Shown: one piece after another, positions 50,457 through 60,672 of the stretch
Layout: each line of letters begins with the position of its first letter
Numbering within the stretch: position 1 is the first letter of the stretch
DNA from: Candidatus Thermosaccharophagus tengchongensis
GTDB taxonomy: Bacteria; Armatimonadota; Fervidibacteria; Fervidibacterales; Thermosaccharophagaceae
Assembly (NCBI GenBank): GCA_032161105.1
Contig: JAVHTD010000015.1
Reading direction: 5' to 3' (one strand)
DNA: 64,000 nucleotides
Made by a program: the position numbers and the translations under genes
The notes under the pieces: model-generated
Seen by the model: the letters and a program-made list of their open reading frames with translations, nothing else
What the model was told of the DNA's origin: nothing
Databases searched by the model: none

Positions 50457-50709
50457 CACCCCACTTCGGCGCGCTGAAGAGAGTGCCCTACAATGCCATT
50501 TGTGACGCCCACATAGCCAAACTTCATCATAATGCCAATGATGCAGCATAGCAAAATGTAGGGACAGCCGTTAAGTGGCATGAATAATGCAGGCTCGTCC
50601 GTGTGGGAAATGTTCCAACTTGCGCTGAGGGATATGCGGGTGGGCAACCACCCACCCTTACAAACGCCAAATGCGCATGTCCCGATGCAAATGCGGCAGG
50701 TGAGCTTGT

Positions 50710-51903
50710 ATGCGTTGCCGAAGCGCCAACGGAAGGGAAAGGGCAATCAAGGCTTTCAATGAATTGTTTGGAACGGCGCCGACAATGGTCGCAAGCTCCC
50801 CGGGCAGGGTCAATGTCATCGGCGAGCATACTGACTATAACGATGGCTTTGTGATGCCAATAGCCGTTGGGATGAGGCTTTGGATAGCCTTCCGAAAGAG
50901 GGACGATGAGCTTGTGCGCATACATTCGGTGGAGATGAATGGGCATGATGAATTCACATTGAGCGATGCTGAAAGGATGATGCGAAGTGAGGAGGCGCAG
51001 TGGAGCAACTACATTCGCGGTGTTGCTTGGGCGCTAAGGCGTGAAGGCATCAAACTGTGCGGAATGGATGCATGCATAGCGAGTGACATCCCGATTGGCG
51101 CCGGCTTGAGCTCATCGGCGGCAATTGAGACTGCGTGCGCAATAGCGATGCTACATGAGGAACTTGAAAGGTTTGACAGGACTTGGCTTGCAAGGCTTTG
51201 CCAGATGGCGGAGAACGAATTTGTGGGTGTGCGCTGTGGCATCATGGACCAGATGATTTGCCTTCACGGCGTTGAAGGGCACGCGATGCTGCTTGATTGC
51301 CGTCACCTCACATTTGAGCATGTGCGCGTCTCTCACCCGCAGTATACCTTTCTCATCGCCGATACAGCGAAGGGCAGAGAACTTGCCTCATCGGAATACA
51401 ACATAAGGAGGCAACAGTGCGAGGAAGGAGTGAAGCTTCTGAGCGAGCTGTTGCATCGTCATCTTAAAGCCCTGAGGGATGTCTCACTTGCGGAGTTTGA
51501 AGGCGTTGAACATATGCTACCAAATGTCATACGCAGGCGTTGCAGGCATGTCATAACCGAGAATGAGAGAGTGCACGCATTCAAAACTTCGTTTGAGAGC
51601 GGCAATGTGGCTGAGGCTGGCAACCTAATGAATCAGTCGCACGAATCGCTCCGCAACGATTACGAAGTGAGCTGTTTTGAACTTGACATCATGGTTGAGC
51701 TTTTGCGCTCACATGATGGCGTAATTGGTGCAAGGTTAACCGGCGCTGGCTTCGGCGGATGCGTCATTGCGCTCGCACGCAGGGAGGGAATTGAGGATGT
51801 GATTGAGAGCGTGCGTGAAAGGTATGCTGCCATGACCGGTCTTCAACCGTCGCTGTATCCATGTGAGCCATCTTATGGCGCAAAGCTTGAGCGCTTAACA
51901 TAA
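50710..51903 (+). CDS. galK: Galactokinase
   Basis: PGRVNVIGEHTDYN, PIGAGLSSSAA, CGIMDQ, SHESLR.DYEVS, GARLTGAGFGG. Confidence 0.96.
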   Translation: MRCRSANGRERAIKAFNELFGTAPTMVASSPGRVNVIGEHTDYNDGFVMPIAVGMRLWIAFRKRDDELVRIHSVEMNGHDEFTLSDAERMMRSEEAQWSNYIRGVAWALRREGIKLCGMDACIASDIPIGAGLSSSAAIETACAIAMLHEELERFDRTWLARLCQMAENEFVGVRCGIMDQMICLHGVEGHAMLLDCRHLTFEHVRVSHPQYTFLIADTAKGRELASSEYNIRRQQCEEGVKLLSELLHRHLKALRDVSLAEFEGVEHMLPNVIRRRCRHVITENERVHAFKTSFESGNVAEAGNLMNQSHESLRNDYEVSCFELDIMVELLRSHDGVIGARLTGAGFGGCVIALARREGIEDVIESVRERYAAMTGLQPSLYPCEPSYGAKLERLT

Positions 51904-51916
51904 ACGCATTGAACGC

Positions 51917-52816
51917 TCACCAGCTCACCTTGATGCCCGCAAGTTCTTCAAGCGCAACGATTGTCGCCTGCGTCCCTTTATCACCGAGCCCGATAGCCTC
52001 AGCTGCCCTCATCAACTGGCTGACGAGAGCCGTCACAGGGAGCGGGATCATCTTCTGTTGAGCCATCTCAAGGACAAGCCTTAAGTCCTTGAGCTGCAGC
52101 CGTATTGAGAAGCCGGGCTCAAAATCTCGCTCAAGCATTTTTGGTGCGAGGTTTGATAACATCCATGAGCTCGCAGCGCCATCGCTGATGGCTTCAATTA
52201 GCTTGCGCATATCAAGCCCAAGGCGCTTGGCAAATACTAAGCCCTCACAAACCGCCAATATGTTGATGGCACAGATTATTTGGTTGGCGAGCTTTGCAGC
52301 TTGCCCCATGCCATTTCCTCCCATGTGCACAACTTTCTTTCCGAGCACCTTAAACAGGGGCATGCAACTCTCCATCACTTTTTCATCGCCACCAACCATG
52401 ATGTTGAGCGTCCCTTCAATTGCGCCCTTCACACCGCCAGTGACGGGCGCATCAAGGAAGTGAACGCCCCTTTCGCCCAGCGCAGCTGCAATCTGCTGCG
52501 CAGCAGCTGGCGATATTGTGCTCATGTCAATTACGACCATGCCTTCACGGACTCCGTGAATGACACCGTCATCGCCGAGTATGACCTCCATGACATCGGG
52601 TGTATCTGAGACCATCGTTATGACCACATCCGAACGCTCCGCCAAATCCTTTGGGCTGTCGGCAGCTGCAGCACCAGCCTTCAAAAGCTCCTCCATCTTG
52701 CCACGCGTGCGATTCCACACCACCATTGTGAAGCCAGCCTTAAGCAGGTTCATCGCCATTGGCTTCCCCATCCTCCCAAGCCCTATGAAACCGACTCGCC
52801 TGAGCTGCACATCCAT
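51917..52816 (-). CDS. NAD(P)-dependent beta-hydroxyacid dehydrogenase (2-hydroxy-3-oxopropionate reductase-like)
   Basis: GFIGLGRMG, DMSTI, DAPVTGG, MVGG, KLANQI, KDL. Confidence 0.9.
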   Translation of the reverse strand: MDVQLRRVGFIGLGRMGKPMAMNLLKAGFTMVVWNRTRGKMEELLKAGAAAADSPKDLAERSDVVITMVSDTPDVMEVILGDDGVIHGVREGMVVIDMSTISPAAAQQIAAALGERGVHFLDAPVTGGVKGAIEGTLNIMVGGDEKVMESCMPLFKVLGKKVVHMGGNGMGQAAKLANQIICAINILAVCEGLVFAKRLGLDMRKLIEAISDGAASSWMLSNLAPKMLERDFEPGFSIRLQLKDLRLVLEMAQQKMIPLPVTALVSQLMRAAEAIGLGDKGTQATIVALEELAGIKVSW

Positions 52817-52949
52817 CACCTCACAAACGGTAACGGCATATAAGCCATCTCCAATTGGGAATCTCGGCTGCTGCAACGCATCACTTTTGAGACCGAGCAT
52901 AGGACGCCAATTTGCACGAGCCAAAACTTTCTCATGCATCCTGGTCGGG

Positions 52950-53744
52950 TTAAAAGTCAAGGATGTCTAAGGCGCTCTCAAATGTGGCTACGAATGTGAC
53001 ATCGTCAATCCTCTTAGCCCTCTTCAACTTCATCTGGTCGGCAATCTCCTTGCTTCCAACTTGCAGCTTGCCCTCAATCGGCAGCTTCAACTTGAACGGC
53101 TTGCATCTGTGGATGCGCCTCATCGCTTCAGCTGCACCAGCTCTTATCAACTCCCTCGCCACTTTCGGTGGGAGCATCTTCGCGCAATGCCTTGAGTAAC
53201 CTTCCTTCACAGCGACTGTGACAATTTCGTCCCCGAGCAACCTTTTAGCTTCATCACACGCAGCCTTATCTCCGCTCACCATAACAACCGGGACACCATA
53301 ATGCCCAGCCACAAGCGCCACCTGCCCAATCTCACCCATCTCAATGCCGTTATACCAGTAGCGGTTTTCGGTCTTTGAACTTTGCGTGTGATGGAGGACT
53401 CCATTCGGTGTGCCCATCATAGCATGAAAGCCGATGCAAAGCAGGGCATTGAAAGTTTCATCAAGCCCGACAAGCCAAGTCGGACGGTGGATTCCCGTGA
53501 TGAAGTAAGCTCTCGGGTGCATCTCTTCTGGGATGAAGTTATACCCGCCACCATGCCCATCAAGCACCACGACTTCTGTTGCGCCACCTTCAAAACATCC
53601 CTCAACTGCGGCATTAACTTCGCCCATCAGCAGCTTCCTTGCTTCCTCGTAAAGTTCACGCGGTTGCTTTTCCCTCGTCTGTTCAAACAAGCACACCCCG
53701 CTTACACCCTCAAGGTCGGTAACAATGTAGACCTTCATCCTCAT
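52950..53744 (-). CDS. dppA: M55 family D-aminopeptidase (DppA-like)
   Basis: DLEGVSG, EVNAA..G, DGHG, G.HA, L.HT, GE, SGD, VAVK. Confidence 0.88.
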   Translation of the reverse strand: MRMKVYIVTDLEGVSGVCLFEQTREKQPRELYEEARKLLMGEVNAAVEGCFEGGATEVVVLDGHGGGYNFIPEEMHPRAYFITGIHRPTWLVGLDETFNALLCIGFHAMMGTPNGVLHHTQSSKTENRYWYNGIEMGEIGQVALVAGHYGVPVVMVSGDKAACDEAKRLLGDEIVTVAVKEGYSRHCAKMLPPKVARELIRAGAAEAMRRIHRCKPFKLKLPIEGKLQVGSKEIADQMKLKRAKRIDDVTFVATFESALDILDF

Positions 53745-53837
53745 GCCCCCCTTACAGTTGTTCTATGCCGTCCATCAAGCAGCTCCGTAAACGCCATTAT
53801 GGGTATGCAAGCATCATGGTGACGCTTTCGCCGGATG

Positions 53838-53865
53838 TTGACAAACTGGCTTGAGGCATTAAACT
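53838..53865 (+). promoter_or_regulatory. Sigma70 promoter of the cold-shock gene
   Basis: TTGACA-16 nt-TAAACT about 150 nt upstream of the csp start. Confidence 0.65.
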
Positions 53866-53892
53866 TAATAGCGTCACACACGAACAATCACA

Positions 53893-53997
53893 CTGCCAAA
53901 CGATGTCATGCTGTGTCGTTGTCAGCCGACTCGGCTGAGCATCTTTACCAAGCTCAGAAAGCGAGGTGAAGATGCGATTGCGGGCATCGTGTGGCAG
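53893..53997 (+). promoter_or_regulatory. Structured 5' leader of the csp gene (candidate RNA thermosensor or switch)
   Basis: Outer stem 53893-53907/53983-53997; inner hairpins 53922-53938 and 53939-53975; ends just before the GGAGGAGG RBS. Confidence 0.55.
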
Positions 53998-54014
53998 GGG
54001 AGGAGGGCTGTTAA

Positions 54015-54245
54015 GTGCCTATCGGGCGCGTAAAATGGTTCAACAGCAAAAAGGGTTATGGCTTCATAGAGCGAGACGACGGTGAGGATGTATTCGTGCA
54101 CTACACTGCCATACGAGGTCAGGGCTACCGCACCCTGAAGGATGGTCAAACAGTTGAATTTGAGGTTGAGGAGACGGAGCGCGGACCGAGGGCAGTGAAT
54201 GTGCGAGTTGTGCGTCAGCAACGGCGCAACTTGCAATTTGAGTGA
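54015..54245 (+). CDS. Cold-shock domain protein (CspA family)
   Basis: GRVKWFN..KGYGFI, DVFVHY.AI, GQ.VEFE, GPRA.NV. Confidence 0.96.
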   Translation: MPIGRVKWFNSKKGYGFIERDDGEDVFVHYTAIRGQGYRTLKDGQTVEFEVEETERGPRAVNVRVVRQQRRNLQFE

Positions 54246-54424
54246 AGCACCGCAAGGACGCAGCGTGCTTAACGAGCGGTTTACACCACACTTAAAAAGC
54301 CCACCGTCCGTTACAGGCGATAGAAGGGGTATGTATGGCTGTCAGTTTGGGCGCACCTTTTGCGCCATAATTGATTGAGAAGGGGCAGCAATTCAACGCC
54401 TTTCACATGTGGGGGGTAAAACAC

Positions 54425-55150
54425 TTGCTGAAGCGAGCGTTCCCTTGGCTGATTCTCCTTTGGATGCTGCAAGGTGGATGCGTTGAGGTTAAAACATATG
54501 CTAAGGCGAACGGCTATGTGGTGAAGGAAATAGTCATCCGCACGAATCGCTATTACGAGAATTCGCTCAGGGAGAGGGCTAAGAGTGCCCTTGAAGGTTG
54601 GAGCATTTGGCGCTCAAGGCGCGGCGACACCGTTGAAATACACATCAGGCGCAAATTCAAACCGGAGCAGCTGAGCATGCCGCTTCCCGGAATGAAGGTT
54701 GAGTATTGGAGGAAGTTAAAGTGGTTTCCGCCCATAGGGCATTACCGATACAGCGAGACATTTGACTTAGCAAAGTTCGCCAAGGAAGTGAAGTTGCTTG
54801 AGCCAGAGATGGGCGCACTTAGCAAGGTGACAATAACGGTGCTTATCACAATGCCATCAAAGGTGCTCCCGGAAGAGAGCAACTCAAAGGATGTGCATGG
54901 CAACATTGCAAGGTGGATAGTTGACGGCTCAGCTTGGGCAAGTGGGCAGCAAAAGTTTGAGTTTGAAGTGGCGGCAAAGGGCGCAAGAAAACTCCTGCTC
55001 TCGTTTTATGTGCTTGTTGTGCTCATAGTGCTCATTGGCGGTTACATATTCTCTCCACGCCTGATTGAATCGGCAAAGGATGCAGTTGACATGCTGCGCA
55101 TGCGCCGTCTCACAATGCAAATCCGCAAGCAGAGACAAAAGCCCGAGTGA
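54425..55150 (+). CDS. LppM-like putative lipoprotein with C-terminal TM anchor
   Basis: Lipobox-like LQGGC, ITMP..V...N......W segment, C-terminal hydrophobic helix. Confidence 0.55.
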   Translation: MLKRAFPWLILLWMLQGGCVEVKTYAKANGYVVKEIVIRTNRYYENSLRERAKSALEGWSIWRSRRGDTVEIHIRRKFKPEQLSMPLPGMKVEYWRKLKWFPPIGHYRYSETFDLAKFAKEVKLLEPEMGALSKVTITVLITMPSKVLPEESNSKDVHGNIARWIVDGSAWASGQQKFEFEVAAKGARKLLLSFYVLVVLIVLIGGYIFSPRLIESAKDAVDMLRMRRLTMQIRKQRQKPE

Positions 55151-55202
55151 AAGAGCTTTAGTCACGGCATCAATAACTCAACGGCGATTAACCGTGCGTG
55201 TT

Positions 55203-55775
55203 ATGAAACCAATCACAAACCTACTCCTTACTGGTGTTCCGAGGGTTGGAAAGACGACAGTGATAAAGCGGGTGATTGAGAGAGCCGGTTTGCCATTTGG
55301 CGGCTTCTACACGGAGGAAATACGAGAGGGAGAACAACGCGTCGGATTCAAGATAATCACAACCGATGGGCAAGAGGGTATATTGGCGCATGTGCGCATA
55401 CAATCAAGGTATTCGGTGGGAAGGTATGGTGTGAACATTGAGGATGTGAAAAATGTGGCTATGCCGGCTCTGCAGAGGGCGCTTGACGAGGGGAAGGTCA
55501 TCGTCATTGATGAGATAGCGTCAATGGAGCTTTATTGCCCCGGCTTCTCCGAACTCGTAATACAGTGCCTTGATAGCCCGCAACCATTGCTTGGGGCTAT
55601 CCAGCTTAAGCCACTGCCATTCCTGAAGCGCATAAGGGAGCGAGAAGATGTTGAAGTGATAAATGTCACGCCGTTCAACAGGAATGACCTTCCGGGCAAG
55701 GTATCAAAGCGCCTTTGGGAGATGTGGTTGCAATGGCGCTCAAGTTTGCAGCAGATGCAATGCTCGGGAAGTTAG
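55203..55775 (+). CDS. THEP1/NTPase_1 family nucleoside-triphosphatase
   Basis: TG.P.VGKTT, GGFYT.E.R....R.GF, VGRYGV, VIVIDEI..ME. Confidence 0.92.
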   Translation: MKPITNLLLTGVPRVGKTTVIKRVIERAGLPFGGFYTEEIREGEQRVGFKIITTDGQEGILAHVRIQSRYSVGRYGVNIEDVKNVAMPALQRALDEGKVIVIDEIASMELYCPGFSELVIQCLDSPQPLLGAIQLKPLPFLKRIREREDVEVINVTPFNRNDLPGKVSKRLWEMWLQWRSSLQQMQCSGS

Positions 55776-56281
55776 CGCGCTGGTTGAGGCTGCTTGGATA
55801 CGATGTCTTCTACTCGCCAAACGCGGACGATGATGAGCTCATCAAAGTAGCAAGGGAGGAGGGAAGGATACTGCTTACGAGGGATACGCAATTGCTTCGC
55901 CGTAAGGATGTCCCGCTGTTCCTCCTCATATTGAGCGATGATTGGCAGGAGCAAATACTTCAGACGGCTCTCCGATTTAACCTTGACTTGGATGGGAAGC
56001 GGATGACAAGGTGCGTTGAGTGCAACGAATTGCTTGAGCCAGTGGACAAAGAGGAGGTGCGATACGAAGTCCCACGCCATGTCTACAGGACACAGGAGCA
56101 TTTCTCACGCTGTCCCAAATGCCGAAAAATATTTTGGGCTGGTTCGCACTGCGAGCGAGCCAACAGAGTCATTGAGCGAATAAAGATGCGCATAGCCGAG
56201 CTGAATTCAAATGCAACATTAAACTCCAACGGGATGGAGGGCTGCGATCCTCCGAGAGCTACCACATCAGCGCAAGGCTAA
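55733..56281 (+). CDS. Mut7-C RNase (PIN-like) domain protein with zinc ribbon
   Basis: F.ADAMLGKLARWLR.LG.D, R.LLTRD, RC..CN, C..C.K..W.GSH. Confidence 0.92.
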   Translation: MALKFAADAMLGKLARWLRLLGYDVFYSPNADDDELIKVAREEGRILLTRDTQLLRRKDVPLFLLILSDDWQEQILQTALRFNLDLDGKRMTRCVECNELLEPVDKEEVRYEVPRHVYRTQEHFSRCPKCRKIFWAGSHCERANRVIERIKMRIAELNSNATLNSNGMEGCDPPRATTSAQG

Positions 56282-57613
56282 AATTATTCTCATCGCCCAA
56301 AGCGCAATTGCGCCGCCGCCGATGAAAATTATCGCCAGAGACATAGCCGCATTCCAGAGAAGTGACCTTACGCCGGTGGGCTTCTCATCACCCATATATG
56401 ACGGGTTGTTGTGCAGGATGAAAAAGCCAATGTAAACGACGGGGATAAAAAGCAAACAAACTGACGAGGCAAACACAGCCACCCAGAAGGGCAACTCGCT
56501 GTATACCACTCCTAAAACGCCAATTGACGGTATGAGCATGCCAAGTCGGTATGTCCAACCTTCATGAGGATGGTTAAGCATCTCGCACAGAATGAAGCCG
56601 CTCGTCAGCATGTGCAGCGTTATCGTCGACAGAGCCATGCCGAGCAATCCAAGTCCCATGAAAACCCTTGAGGCATTCTCTCCCATCAGCTCACCCAGTA
56701 TGGGAGCGACATCGCTTGCACCCTTCACTTCAATCCCCTTTGGATGGAGCACATTTGCGGTGGCAATGATGAGAAGCGAAGTTGCGATTATGAATGGCAA
56801 CACCATTCCAACCCACAGGTCAAAGTAAGCAAGTTCTGTGTGCTCCCTACGCCATCCCCTCCTCAAGAGCGAGTATGGGTAGAGGAAGACCATGTTGATC
56901 CCAACAGAAGCGCCAATGCCACCCATGACAATGGTCAACCCTTTTGGGTCACTGGGCAAGCGCGGGATAAAAAAACCGCGCAAAGCCTCGCCCCAATCTA
57001 TGCCGCTTTTGAGCACGACCAAAAAGATGGCAACCAGTATCCCCAGAACCATCGCTCGAAGTGAGTTTTCATAGAACCGCACACCTTTGATGCCGTAGCT
57101 GTAACTCCATGAGATAGCCACAGCAAGCAGCAGAAGCGCGCCACCGTAAAGCCATTTCGGTATACTCAATCCGACAAGCTCGGCTAAGTCCGATATCACC
57201 GAGCCCGCAAGGGCATACTGAGGGAAGTGCCAAATGATGCTGGCAAGAAGAGCCGCTATACCCCAGAACAAAGCCACTCCAGCATGCAAGCGCTCAGCAA
57301 ATACCCAGTATGGACGATGACCGGTTGCAAGCGTTTGTTTTGCGATTGCCGAAAGCATGATGGCGCCCATGATGATTGCAAGCGGATGCACCCATAGCAA
57401 CATGTAGCCATACTTAGCGCCCGCCAAAACGCATGCGCTGGCTGTGCCGCTTCCAAGTGTGAAGGCACTTTGCAGATATCCAGGCCCGGAGAGTTTCAGA
57501 TACGCCCAAAGGCGATGAATCAACGGACGCTGAAACAGCTCAGCCATTTCGCATGACCCTTTGGATGACTCACCCATCGGATTTGCCCCCCTTATAACTT
57601 TTACACAACACAC
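56267..57613 (-). CDS. NRAMP-like divalent metal / APC-fold transporter
   Basis: GPG...SA.T.G.G, AGA.YGY.LLW, G..V..N..F.Y.Y; about 11 TM; lacks the canonical DPGN. Confidence 0.75.
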   Translation of the reverse strand: MCCVKVIRGANPMGESSKGSCEMAELFQRPLIHRLWAYLKLSGPGYLQSAFTLGSGTASACVLAGAKYGYMLLWVHPLAIIMGAIMLSAIAKQTLATGHRPYWVFAERLHAGVALFWGIAALLASIIWHFPQYALAGSVISDLAELVGLSIPKWLYGGALLLLAVAISWSYSYGIKGVRFYENSLRAMVLGILVAIFLVVLKSGIDWGEALRGFFIPRLPSDPKGLTIVMGGIGASVGINMVFLYPYSLLRRGWRREHTELAYFDLWVGMVLPFIIATSLLIIATANVLHPKGIEVKGASDVAPILGELMGENASRVFMGLGLLGMALSTITLHMLTSGFILCEMLNHPHEGWTYRLGMLIPSIGVLGVVYSELPFWVAVFASSVCLLFIPVVYIGFFILHNNPSYMGDEKPTGVRSLLWNAAMSLAIIFIGGGAIALWAMRIILALR

Positions 57614-57719
57614 GCCGGCAAATTCAAGGCAAGTTATAGGACATGAAAGGACAGCACTTGCGGAGCGCTTTAGTAACGCTTTGTGCTGTCACACAAATCC
57701 CAACGATGCCATTCACGGG

Positions 57720-59144
57720 TCATTCATGGTTTGCCGCAACCTCAAAGTTAATGATGACCGGTGCAGTTCGGTCAACCATCCTTTCGCCTGCAACAACTTC
57801 AAGCGTCACAAGCCATGTCGCAAATCCTTTGAGCGATTGCTTCGGGAAGGAAAGCATCAAGCCATCCTTAATGCGATGGCATCGGATAAGTCTCGGTGAG
57901 ATACCCTTTGCATCAACGCATTTGCCATCGCCATTCACCGAGGTCAGCAGGTGATATCTCACCCCGTCTCCAAATGCCGGCTTAAACATGTGCAGGCGGT
58001 ATTTCAGATGCTCGCTTGGTTGCGAGCGCAAGTTGAGGGTTACAAAGAGCATTTCATCGGAGCGAGATATGATAGCGCTCTTCACATCAGCTCCGGGATG
58101 AATTGCTGGCATGACCGGCTCAAACTCCCTATCGTAGATGAAGACAGCGTCCTTAAAGTGCTCACCAACACTTGTTCTCTCAAACACTTCGGTTGAGCGG
58201 ACAAAGCTGTTCATGAAGCGACGCATGACCGCATACTGCGATTTGTATGCCATGATAGCCGCAGCCTTTAGAGCAACCACATCCTTTGGCAAAGGCAGCA
58301 TTTGCCAGTCCTCAAACACCGCCTCGCTCAACACCTTTGGCGGGAATAGTGGAAGCCTTGAGAAGCTACCCTGCGGTGCTGGATACCTTCCAAAGTGCAC
58401 GAGGTATTCGTAAACGCCCACATGCTCATCCAATTTCCCCTCATAACGCAACTCGGTCAGCGCCGCAAGCGAAAACACATTTGTAGCCCAATGGACGATG
58501 TGGTCATCATGCCTGTGTGGGATGAAAATGCTGGTCGGGTTAAAGCTCGCTATTGAGCGCTTAAGCTGGTCAATGGTTTCATCTGCGCAGAGCAGAAATG
58601 GCTTTGAATCCTGAGTGAGCCGGTATGAGTAACAACTCTTTATGGCGTTATTCATGCACGGATTTTCTCTCCCCCAATGCCTGAGCCACATTCGCCCCAT
58701 CGCCGTCTCCGGGATGCCGAGAAACTCCACATGAATTTTCCGCGTGCCCCCGCTGAGTATGCTCAAAGCTTTTCTCGCTTCATCGGCACGCACCTTTGCA
58801 AAGCGCAACCTATCTTGAGTGCTCACAAGAACTGTCCGCAACCTTTGCTCAAGCGCGAATGTGAAGCCCTCGCCAAGCGTCACAAAGAGCACCTTCACTG
58901 ATGCATCGCACCTTGAGAGCGCGGCGATCAATCCACCGCATGCCAATGCCTCGTCATCCGGATGCGGCGATACAATCATCACCCTCCCGCCGAGCTCGCT
59001 GAGTTTTATCCCGTTGATGCTTGATGCGTTTGCCCTCTCCACAAACCGATGACATTGAACAAATTGCGATGCAAGCACGCCAACGCAGATGATAACAACG
59101 AGCATGCTGGCAAATCGGCAAATAAGCTTCTGCAAGTTCGCCAT
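57720..59144 (-). CDS. PIG-L/LmbE family deacetylase, membrane-anchored or exported
   Basis: SPHPDDEAL..GG, T.GE, R..EA..A...L, D.H..H, K..AI..Y.SQ. Confidence 0.85.
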   Translation of the reverse strand: MANLQKLICRFASMLVVIICVGVLASQFVQCHRFVERANASSINGIKLSELGGRVMIVSPHPDDEALACGGLIAALSRCDASVKVLFVTLGEGFTFALEQRLRTVLVSTQDRLRFAKVRADEARKALSILSGGTRKIHVEFLGIPETAMGRMWLRHWGRENPCMNNAIKSCYSYRLTQDSKPFLLCADETIDQLKRSIASFNPTSIFIPHRHDDHIVHWATNVFSLAALTELRYEGKLDEHVGVYEYLVHFGRYPAPQGSFSRLPLFPPKVLSEAVFEDWQMLPLPKDVVALKAAAIMAYKSQYAVMRRFMNSFVRSTEVFERTSVGEHFKDAVFIYDREFEPVMPAIHPGADVKSAIISRSDEMLFVTLNLRSQPSEHLKYRLHMFKPAFGDGVRYHLLTSVNGDGKCVDAKGISPRLIRCHRIKDGLMLSFPKQSLKGFATWLVTLEVVAGERMVDRTAPVIINFEVAANHE

Positions 59145-59192
59145 CACCTCCTGCAATCTCGCAGTGAACTCGCACAAGCAGCTGTGACAGCG

Positions 59193-60338
59193 TTAGCCAA
59201 TGCGCTGTGCAGCACACTTAGCCGTTAGCGCGAGCTTATCCCTCATGCCCAACAGCGCCATTGTAGCCAGCGAACGAACATTGCGCCTTTGGAACAACCT
59301 CAGGGATGCATTGGGGATCGGCTTCGCACCCCAAAGGAGCTTATACTCCTCGCACCCGCGAAGGAAATCAAACACAGACGCCCCTGATTCAATCGCATGC
59401 TTGATTGCGTATCCCATAAGGACTGTCCCAATGCTATGTTTTCCAAACTCAGGTGCGAATCCACCACCGTAATAGCATGTGGCGCTATCAAACCTCAAAC
59501 AGTAGTGCACAGCCGTGTAAGCCCCATCAAGCTTCATAAAATGCATTGCAAGCCATCCGTTCTTGAGTGCGAGCCTTGCAAACTCGCGGTGAAAGTTTTG
59601 CACCGATGGAAGGAAGAACACACCCGGCTGTAACCTCCTCCTCCAGCGCCTCGCATGCAAGTTGAACATGACTTCAATCACTTCGCTGAGTTGGTTATCA
59701 TCACTGACGACGCCAACCTGCATATCAAACAGCTTGCGCAGTTGGCGCTCCCTCCTTTTCAAACTGGTGCGCAAGTTGCCCCTCACTGAGGATAGAAGGC
59801 GCTCAAACGATTCCGGCAGGTTAAGCACCGGACAGACCTCGGAGACGCTCAAATGACATGCGATCCCATATCGCCACCCATCATCCTCACACCATGCCCT
59901 GATCAAGGAAGGCACTTTGGAGGCGAGCGATATCTCACGCATTTCAATTACATCCCACAAGTCACAATGCGACGCCAAGTGACGCATTAGAGTGACGATT
60001 GCAAGGCGCTCCATGCCCGGCTTTATTGCAATCTCACCGTAGTCTGAGATGCCCGTCCCGATGAAGCTCATAATGTTGCTTCCGAGCACATGAGTGCGTT
60101 TGATGAAGAGCGGTGCAAACGCAATTGGCTCACCGTGATGCTCAACGCAGACGATGTGTAACTTGCCATGACCAAAATGCTTCCACCAAGTTGAGAGCCA
60201 TTCGCCCGTAACGAAGATGGCTCTATTTGGCGGCACCCAACGGCTGATGCAATCATTCCAATGGGCAGCAATTTTGGCGAACTCGCCAAAGGTGGTCAAC
60301 ACATTAACGGCGATGCGGCTCACTTCAACCCCGAACAT
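59193..60338 (-). CDS. GNAT family N-acetyltransferase (CelD/BcsL-like)
   Basis: F...EW...WW..FG, SDY, LH..RW, Y..GF......S.G, FDFLRG.E.YK..W. Confidence 0.85.
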   Translation of the reverse strand: MFGVEVSRIAVNVLTTFGEFAKIAAHWNDCISRWVPPNRAIFVTGEWLSTWWKHFGHGKLHIVCVEHHGEPIAFAPLFIKRTHVLGSNIMSFIGTGISDYGEIAIKPGMERLAIVTLMRHLASHCDLWDVIEMREISLASKVPSLIRAWCEDDGWRYGIACHLSVSEVCPVLNLPESFERLLSSVRGNLRTSLKRRERQLRKLFDMQVGVVSDDNQLSEVIEVMFNLHARRWRRRLQPGVFFLPSVQNFHREFARLALKNGWLAMHFMKLDGAYTAVHYCLRFDSATCYYGGGFAPEFGKHSIGTVLMGYAIKHAIESGASVFDFLRGCEEYKLLWGAKPIPNASLRLFQRRNVRSLATMALLGMRDKLALTAKCAAQRIG

Positions 60339-60672
60339 ATCACAACCCCCAATAACCCCAGCGCAGGGTAAACGCTTTAATGGCATTGGCAGTGATATTC
60401 AGCGTGCCGAAAATACCTTGTCGGTTTCCTCACTCAGCTCAGTTGAGCCATCCCACCTATCACCTGCGCTTCATCTCGCCGTTAGCACAATCATAACTAT
60501 TGTGGCTCACTCGGTGAGCGGAAAAGCCAAGTAGCATTACACAGTGTGCCTACAAAACTGGGCAGTTTAAAGTGTGCCAAGATGTTTGACTGCTGACTGT
60601 AAGCGGCGGGAACATCTTGCAGCAAGAAGCGCCCTCGCTTCGTTGCAATTCAACATAGCGAGGTGATGACAC

